Source of the DNA: Hyaloraphidium curvatum SAG 235-1
Taxonomy: Eukaryota > Fungi > Monoblepharomycota
Direction of reading: 5' to 3'
DNA length: 64,000 nucleotides
Assembly (NCBI GenBank): GCA_025558095.1
Contig: JAIVFI010000003.1
Coordinates: forward strand, 868,001 to 932,000
Both the position numbers and the translations under genes were made by a program. The notes beneath the pieces are model-generated. The model had not been told where the DNA came from. It did no database searches and saw nothing but the letters and a program-made list of their open reading frames with translations. Shown piece after piece: positions 55,758 through 64,000 of the stretch; position 1 is the first letter of the stretch, and each line of letters begins with the position of its first letter.

Positions 55758-57803
55758 CTACATCTCGTGCACTAGACGATCGATCTTGGACGCCAGGTCC
55801 TCTCGAGTCAAGGTCCTATTGACGCCCACGGTCCCTGCCGTGGAGCTAATCTCAATGTCGTCTGGAATCCGTGGTGAACCGCTCTGGTCAGGGACAATGT
55901 CTTCGCACGGTTGTGCGTTGCCAGGTTCCCCAACATCCCCGCGCAAGGTTGCGCCTACACTTTCGTGTGCAGGCGCCGCGATCTTGGATTCTCGAGGTTG
56001 AGCTCCACGGATTCGGCTCTCAACCAATCTCGGCACTCGGCCGATCGAGAACACGCAAAGCGAGTCCACAATGTTGACAGGGATCTGCACGACCAGTTCG
56101 TTCCTGCGATCGAGGTTTAGGGAGGCGCACGAGAGCGACAGAGAGCAACTCACTGTCTTGACGTCCCAACGGCAACTTCAACAATCCACTGCACTTCAAA
56201 AAGAGCCCCCCTGGTTGTGCGTGCTCCGGGAGGAATGGAAACGTCGAACGTGTAGCGTGAGCTGTCACCCGCGGCTACGCCTGGGAAAAAAGCCTCCTCG
56301 GCAAAGGATGGGGCCGCAAATCGCTCCGTCCAAGGTACAGGAGTCTTTGCAAGGAAGGTGCCGGGTTTGCCAACGTTGGTCCCCGTGGTGTAGTTGGTCT
56401 CCGTCGCCGGTGCGACATCCGTGCGGAGTGCCGAGTGCTTGGCCCCTTCCGTGCGATACGTCGCCAATCGGCGCATCAACGTGATGCGCCCCGTCGTCAA
56501 CTTGACTTCGCTCCAGTTGGCCACTGCGATTTCCACAAGTCCTCTCGTGCCCGTCGTCCACGCGCCCTTCTCGCCACCGGTCAAGACCGCCGTGGCCCGC
56601 ATCCCAACCCATCCCTTTGCCTTGGCCCAAGGCATGCGGCCTGAAAACTCGCGTTTGGCGCTTTGCGACGGACCCTTTGGCTCGCTCGAAACGCCCGGAT
56701 AGAGCCCGCGACTGAGGATGTCAACAACAGGTCCAACGACTTCGATCTCTTGCGCGTGGATCAGCCGAGCAGTCCCACCCAACCCCATGATTCCGGCTAC
56801 GACGTAACGAATTCCTCCGAAGCGATCGCACCAGTACGAAGGGGGGCAAGGGGTCTGCTCTCCTTCGGGAGCGCAGTTCGTCGGGATGCGCAGCCTGAAG
56901 GCGAGCGCGGTGGATCCGGTCTTGGCCCTCTGGTCATCCATCTCCGAGGATCGAAGCTGGAGAGAGATAGAAGCGAAAGCTCGTCGAGAGACTTCAGATT
57001 TACCCGCCCCGCATGTTTCTACGGATTCGTGTGTGAGGGAGTTCTGTCTCCGAACTCTACGGCAACCGCCTCACCTTCAAACCCAACGAGATCTACGGAG
57101 ATGTCTCCGAGCGAGACTTTGGAAGCAGACGAGCGGATGACATGCAGCGTGCCTGTTACTTCCTCGCCCGCGACGAACCGGGTCCGTTCGACATGTATCT
57201 CCAAAGAGACCGGGCCCTGCGAACTCTTCACCGAGGGCGGGTCCGCACTGCAAAGCAGTGCAAGAAGTGCACTGTCCGCAGGGGAAGCTTCCGTTCGAAT
57301 GCTCGGGCGCGAGTCGGCGCTGCCAGGGGACGGCGTGGCCAAGGACTAACAGACGGCATTCAGAGAAGGGGACCGGGCTGGCCGAAGGGCGCAACTCACC
57401 GCGGGCTTTGAAACTATCTCGTCCGGAGATATGCCCGGGTCCATCGTGGGGCACCTCTGATCGCCCGGGGGAATTAGACGTGTTGTTTACTACTACGTCG
57501 TCGTCGGATGTGTGCTCGTTCCCCCCGCTCTGCCGTTCAAGGCCTCGGCAGATTCGAAAGCACACTTCACTGGCCTTGACAATCATCCTTTAGATTGAAG
57601 AATGCTGCATTGCTTCTACACTCGCCAGTCCAACGAGTGGCTTGGCTTGGAAACAGTCTTCCCCCGGTGAGCCAATAGGCAACTCTCCTATAGCAAGCCT
57701 TTGCCAGGAGTTGCTTTTGACTGCATTCGATCTCCGTGAGTACTGCCTGCACCCGCGTGGCTGTCGGGGAAACCGATTCGGTGATGACGGGAAACCTCTT
57801 CAT
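55758..57803 (-). CDS. Arrestin-fold protein (approximate boundaries, multi-exon)
   Basis: FVAGEEVTGTLHV..VDLVGFE, FRLRIP..PPSY..GGIRYVV, GALFEVQWIVEVAV, ELVVQIPVNIV. Confidence 0.55.
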
Positions 57804-58098
57804 AAAACCTCCTCGTCACTCACGACTCGAATTCGTTGGCTATTGTCCTCCCTCCCCTGCGTTCCCTGCCTTTGGCGCCCAGCGCACATGTTAGCTTTCG
57901 GTCTACGCGTCTAACGCCGGCCGGTCGGGGCGGGACTTTGACGGAGGGCGCGCGCGGAGCCCCGAGTCCGGGCGGACGACGGACGCGGCAAGGCAGCCAC
58001 GACGGCGGAGGACCATCTTCGGGCTCCCGGAAACACTACCGCACTTTCGGCAACATGCTCACCGTCGCGGCTTCTCCCGGCGTCGTGCACCGGCCCGC

Positions 58099-61000
58099 GA
58101 TGTTGGCAGTCTTTGTCATCGATGTCGGCGCGTGCCCGGTCGCGGCAGACGCACTCATGTGGGCCACACGGGTCTCTCTGGCCGTCGCCCGCGTGTCACT
58201 GCATTTGAAGTCGGCAGATCCGAGGTTGGAGGTGGCGGTGGACGTGTTTTCTACCCGCGAGAGACCGTCCTTGGCCGTCCCGCGGCTGCGCCATTCGCGG
58301 CCGGACTCTGTGCTGAGCTCGCTGCCGGAGCTCCTCGTTTCTGCTGTCCGGGGCCTCCCCAACAGCAGCAGAACTGCCGGAACGCGGCTGGAGGCGTTGG
58401 ACATGCGGCTGCGGGCCCTGCAGGGTGCCGCCGGTTGGGACTCTTCGACTTCGATGGATCCGATACCAGCGCAGTCGCCCCTTACGGCGAAACACCGCGG
58501 ACACGGAGTCCACAAGAAACCGTTGTCGGAGCAGCTGACCTCGGAGTCGGACCGCGTGGGAGTGCTCAAGAGGCTGAAGGCTATGCCCCCGAGCGCTGTA
58601 CGGCACCACGTTTTCGTCATCTCCGATGTGCCGACCGGTGCCGAATGGTTCGGTGGCACCGCATCGAATAGCTCGGAACGTACGAGACGCCAGCTGCAGG
58701 ATGCCCTGCTCGGCAAGGACGGCATCAACTGGGCAACCTGGACCGACTTCCGGGTCGCCCTTTCCTGGCTGCCGCTTTCGCCCCCGCCGGATCGGACGCT
58801 GGAAGCTGTCGTCAAATGCCTCGGAGGCTGCATGGTGCCTCTTCCGTGGCTTACCTTGCCCGAGACTTGGGTTCCCTCCGGTTCCGTTTTTGGTCCCAAA
58901 AGGCCTCGAATGATTGAGCGCGAGTTGGGCCGCGTCGCGATCACAAAGGGAATTGTGCCCGTGCTCGAGGATGACGAGGACGAGCGACTTGTCGTGGAAG
59001 CTCACGGCCGATCGTTTGCGCTGCATGGGACGCGGTTGGGTTCCTGGGAATCGGCCGCGACCTTGTTCGCGGACAGCGGGGTTCCTTCTTTGCAAGCGGA
59101 GCTACCCATTACCTCTTCGCCGGACTGCCCTGCCTTCATCATGCAATCCATACCGGACTCATTTCCTTCCGAGCTTTCTTTCTCGTGCGACGATCGGACA
59201 TTTTCGCTCCATCTGGACGGCGGCGTGGCCGTTTTGCTTGCGCAGGACGCAGGGCCTGGAGCAGCTTTCGACGATCGCTTTGACGAAGCGGTCGATCTCC
59301 TTCGCTGCATGCCCTCGCAACTTATGCCCGTGCCTGGCCGGAGTTTGTGCACCTCGCCCCTCGCTAAGGCGCATCTTCGGTCGCCACAACCCTACTGCAA
59401 AACACCGCTCAAGAAGTCCTGGGGCGCGGATGAACTCGCAATGGAGGAAGATTCGTCATCCGCCGAGGCCAAGAATGCGGCAGACCTCGTCAAACTGTAC
59501 GAGGCCTGGTACGAGCATGCTGCTTCGGGTGACGAGGTGGGTTATGTTGTTTTGTCACCAAAGCCCCCGCCGAGTGACTTGTGCACTGCCTTAGGGCTCG
59601 CTATCTGGTTTGGCGGAGTTTCTCAATGGCCAGGTTCCCGCCTTGCAGGCGTTGGGTCCGCAGATCGCCGTCGAACTTCTGGACCTACTCCTTGTCCCAA
59701 TGTCTGCGGTCTCGGAAGCCGACACTATCCCGGACGAAGGCATGGTTGACGGGTCGGATCTTGTCGTGACCGAGCAATCTTTTCGGCTGCTCAGCGCCTC
59801 CGCGCTCGATAGCAATTATCGGGCCTTGGAGACTGCGGTCCTTGAGGCCGTCGAGTCCCAGGGATCGCAAGGCGATGCTCTGGAAGCCGCGGCGCGGCAT
59901 TGCTGGGCGACCAAGGTTGCTGCATTGCAGGCAATGCTGCTGCTGCACCTGGAAATGCTCCGGATTTCCCTTCAGTTGGAGGTGCCTCTGCCGCAATTCG
60001 ACGAGCCCGAGAGCGCTCTAGGCAGAGAAGGAAAGAAAGCCAAGAGCCGGCCGCGGACCGGCGAATCGCTGCTCAAGTCAAGAATCGACGACCTGCTTGT
60101 GGATTTGCGCACCGAGATCGGCATGTACGATCCGCCGATCACCGAAGAAAGCGAGCCCGAGAAGCCTCCGGTGGATTTAGAACTGCTCCGACGGCTTGTC
60201 GGTGGCTACGATTGCCTCGGGCCGGACGCACGGCGCTGGTGGAAGGAGATCAAGGAGATGATTGCCATGGACGCACCGTTGGAGGACGCTCCGGTCGGCA
60301 AGCCTTGGGCTGAAGAGGAGCCGATCAAAGTCGAGGTTGTTCCGGCCCCAATCCCCGCGTTTGCCCAGCAAGAGCGGCGGGTCAACCGGACGTCTTCCCA
60401 GTCTTCGGTTTCCTTGTCGGCGGCGTCTGTTTCCCTCCCAGCCCGCGCCGACTCCGTTGGTTCCACTGGCTCGCACGCCTCGGCGGCAACCGTGGAAGGT
60501 TTCCTGCAGCATCGCGCAAAGCAGCGATCGGGAATCGGGGGCGGACGGATGCTTCAGATTGACGTCGGGCAGATTGGCAGCGGCAGGATGCCTGGGAGGG
60601 GACGAGACGGCAGGAAGAAGGCCAGCGGCGGGAGGCTTGAGGCTCCCCAAGGCATCCGCATTGGGGCCAAGGTGCGTTGCCGATGCGACCCACCAACGAA
60701 AGGGCTCTGATCCAGGACTCAGAGCCCCTTCAAACCAATCAAGCCATCCGCCAAGCCCCCCATGATTCCGCAGCACAAGCCGCAGACCAAGATTCCGGCC
60801 GCCGCTTCCCGGCCGAAGCCGGCAGACGAGCCAGCGTTGCTGGTTCCCGAAACCCCGGCAGCATCGAAGGCGCGGCGCAAATCCTCCGCCAAACACACCC
60901 CTGTTCGTGCCGTTCGTGACGAAGAGTGGGAAGTGCGGCGCCACACCCCCGACGAGTTTGCGAGGCGTCTGCGCGGTGATGATGGACCCGTCGTGCTCGA

Positions 61001-61184
61001 AAGGAAGCGCAAGGATCGGGATTCTTTCGGGCGGACGGGACCAGAGTGGGAGCCTGAGCCGCCGGCGAAGGCAGGGAAGATGAAGGAAGGGACGGCTGTC
61101 GCTGCGGAGGAAGTGGAGATTGCTAAGGTCAGGAAGCCGAAAGGGGCCAGGCGGGCGGTGGACGATCTGCTTGGGTTGCTGTAG
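58099..61184 (+). CDS. Treslin/TICRR-Sld3-like replication initiation factor (multi-exon)
   Basis: N-terminal vWA-like VFVIDVG..RVSLAVARVSLHL..VDVFST; central KVAALQAMLLLHLEML resembling the Sld3/Treslin domain; CDK-type site LLVPETP in a basic disordered tail. Confidence 0.5.
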
Positions 61185-61285
61185 CGACAACGCAGAAATT
61201 GCAGAGACCTGCATCCAAGTCGCACGTTGCGTATTGCAAGAAGGCCAAGAGCCACATAGCATTACCGTGCCCGAGCAAAATTACA

Positions 61286-64000
61286 TCAACTACCGTGTTT
61301 CAGCACCTCCGCCACAACACCTTGCGTATAGATCGCGTTCTCTTCGAGCTCTTCCATAAGTGCCATGATGTCCGACAGTGTCGCATTCAATTCCTGAGCC
61401 GGGCTCTTCAGACTGCCGGACCGGTGCCGGGCTTCGGCACCGGCACCGGTTTCATTTGCACCATGCAAATCCTTCTTGTCAAATGCCGAAGCTTCCGAGA
61501 CGCCGAGCTGAGCGCTGACGCGCTCGTCGGTCCGAATCGTGAGCGTCGACGGCTTGTGCAACGATCCCTCTGACTCTCCGCGCGCCAACCCACGCAACCC
61601 CTCTTCCTTCGCCGCCGAAGAAGAGGGCACAGTCCCTTCCGAGTCCGCATCCCCGTCGGTACCCGGTGCAGCCGCTTCTTCGGTGGCGGAAGCATCTCCC
61701 TGTAAGCCATTGACAATGTCCAGTGTCCCTTCAGAGTCGCTCGGACTCTCCCCAACTGCAGGGAACACATCCGAGCTCCGAGCCGAAGTCGCACCTCCCT
61801 CGCCATCATCGGCTTCTCCCGCTATGGCCAAGGAAGGTTCCGTTGTGGCCATCGGCGTCCCCGATTCAACCACATCAGTTCCGTTCTCCACGCCCTCCTT
61901 TCTAGCATCAACCTTGTCTTCAGGGGTAATGGGTCCGTTCTCGGTCGCAGGAACGCCGTTCTCGGTTGTAGGAGATGCGGAAATCAAGACATCCTGTTTC
62001 GACCCGCCACCCTCCGCGCCCTGGTCCGGTTTCTTCTTCCGTTTCCGCTTCTCCTCCATCTCCCGCTGGTGCCGCTCTTTCTTTTCCTTCTCGAGCTTCC
62101 GTGCCCTGGCGTTTTCGTTCTCCAGCTTGGCCTGCTGGTATTCGACGCAGAACTTCCAAAAGATCCCAAAGAATTCCTCGCTGGGCATTTTTGCCGACTC
62201 CTCACCGAACATTGTACACAGAGCGTCGTAGTCGGCATCGATGCCATCAATCTTGGAGGTAAGGTCGTCAAGGAACGAGGCGGAGCTTGCGTGGAACTCC
62301 TTCATGATCCTTTCGAAGTCCCCCGCGTTCTTCTTGGTCGAGCGCGACAGCTGGTTGAGAAGCACCTCAAGCTGTTCAACGCCATGCTTGATCCGGACAA
62401 GGATCGCACGTAGGTCCGCCATTGTCACGCGGGTCCCATCCTCGACATCCACCAGCTCGTCGGTAAAATTGAGAAGATGCGGCATCTTGTCCTCAAACAA
62501 CTGGGCAAGATAGTGGAGCAGAGTGTACTTGCGATCTTCAACCACCGTGGATTTGGTATCCCCGAGCCGCAGGAGTGCATCGAGCTTGAAACCATACGTC
62601 GGCCCACGTTTCCCGTTCAGAAAGTTTCCCAAGCCAAGAATGACCTTGAGCACGTCGGCGAATTTGGGATCGCGGGAGCTGATCAAGTAGCCACCGCGCT
62701 TGACCTCGATCCGCTTGACCGCGCTCTTGTTGATGGCATCGATGGCACGCCGGATCTTTTCGACCATTTCTGCGCCGTCGGCTGCCCCTTCCTCCAGAAA
62801 CCACGCCCGGAAACCCAGCGCCCTGAGGCGAGCCTCGTAGAAGGGGATCTTCGAAACCGAGTACATGAAGCGTTCCGCCGGAGCAAGCGATTGCGGATCG
62901 TCCTCGTGCTGTGAGAGCACGCCAAGCTCATCCTCCGTCGGCACAAACTTGAGCAGCTCAGTAATGAGCTGCGTAGGAAGCACCGCGTCGTCGACTTTTG
63001 ACATCGCTTCGACTAGCTGCTCGGAGCTCAGCTTGGAAGCCCTCAGAGTGATGTCTGTGCCCCAGTGTCAGATACCCCGAAGCAAGACCACCAACCAAAG
63101 CGAACTCACTAATATTCTGGGAACGCTTCGAGTCCAGGAACGTGACCTTTGTGGCGGCTGTGGGCTTCGTCGCGGGATCTTCCTCTGGCACCTCCTTCTT
63201 GACAAACTCGGCGGAGAAGACCTCCTCAAGCGTCTCGTATTCCTTGAGAAGCTTGCCCTCGAGAGATCGTTCGTCGGTGGTTGGCTTCGCGAAGGGTTCC
63301 GAGAGGTGCGTCCAAACGGTGTTGCGAATCTGAAACGGGGAAAGTTTGGTCCAGTTGAGCGACTTGACGTTCTTCTTCGGCTTCGGGACGCCCCAAGACC
63401 ACGGTGCAGGCGGCAGCGGATGACCGGATTGGATACCGGGGGGAAGCGGCGCTGCGGGTGGCGGCGGCGGGCCGGGCGGGCCCGAACCAGGCGGCGGCGG
63501 AGGTGGCGGTGGTCCCTGCAACACCTAGTCACTCAACATGGGCCTGAACATGTGTGCGAGAGCATACTCACGCCACTGGAAGGAGGAGGCGGGGGCGGAG
63601 GTGGCGGACCACCACCGGGCATTGGTGGCGGGGGCGGAGGAGGAGGAACGCCGCCGGAGATAGGGGGCGGAGGGGGAGGAGGCGGGATCGACGAGCCCGG
63701 CATTGCGGTTTGTGGGGGCGCTGCAGGAATGCTGGAACCTAGTGCGAAGTCGACGGCTATCAGACGGCAGGGAAGAAAATGCACGTCAGGGACATACCCG
63801 ACGGCATCGGCGGTGGCGGTGGAGGAGGTGGAATGGTCGATCCCGGCGCTGTAGGAGGCGAGAAGCATAGAGCGCGATCATTAGACGGCACTACCATGCG
63901 GCCGACATCGGAGGCATACCCGGCAACATCGGCGGCGGCGGTGGAGGAGGCGGGATCGACGGGCCGGGAACAAAAGGAGGTGGTGGTGGCGGAGGAGGAA
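61286..64000 (-). CDS. Formin (FH1 poly-proline + FH2), 5' end outside the window
   Basis: Poly-Pro tracts; VKSLNWTKL..NTVW; FLDSKRSQNI; ILGLGNFLNG..YGFKLDALLRLGDTKS..TLLHYL; FGE..EEFFGIF. Confidence 0.93.

Noticed and set aside
63460-64000. GGC/GGA/GGT-rich repeats as satellite or telomere-like DNA
   Set aside because: They encode the formin FH1 poly-proline tracts on the minus strand.

Overview
Gene-dense, GC-rich eukaryotic DNA with many short (about 50-65 nt) GT-AG introns and GCTGAC-type branch sites. Gene content and architecture suggest an early-diverging (chytrid-like) fungus; this is inference. Most of the window is housekeeping genes: QCR2, PA-RING E3 ligase, TRIR-like, SEN54, MRT4, eIF2-gamma, TSR4/PDCD2, mitochondrial uL5, GLT1, WDR82/SWD2, a sirtuin, Treslin/Sld3-like and a formin. 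The standout is a roughly 16.2 kb insertion (about 6288-22530) between the divergent SEN54 and MRT4 genes, with a TA at both proposed ends. It carries: (i) one 22-exon minus-strand gene (16369->6410) that I spliced by hand into a roughly 2,900-aa protein ending in a complete Fanzor1/TnpB-like RuvC-Zn module (GGDAGQR / ALGDA..VREYHTS..CYSC..CWLC / WNRDVSASLNM), i.e. a giant Fanzor that the ORF track breaks into fragments; (ii) a hairpin-rich, omega-RNA-like 120 nt between its stop codon and the element end; (iii) an IS630/Tc1-type HTH ORF without a DDE domain at the opposite end; (iv) a zinc-finger cargo gene; and (v) a 14-copy GGTYYACS-like motif array with about 20-bp phasing. All family assignments come from motif recognition by eye; no database searches were run.
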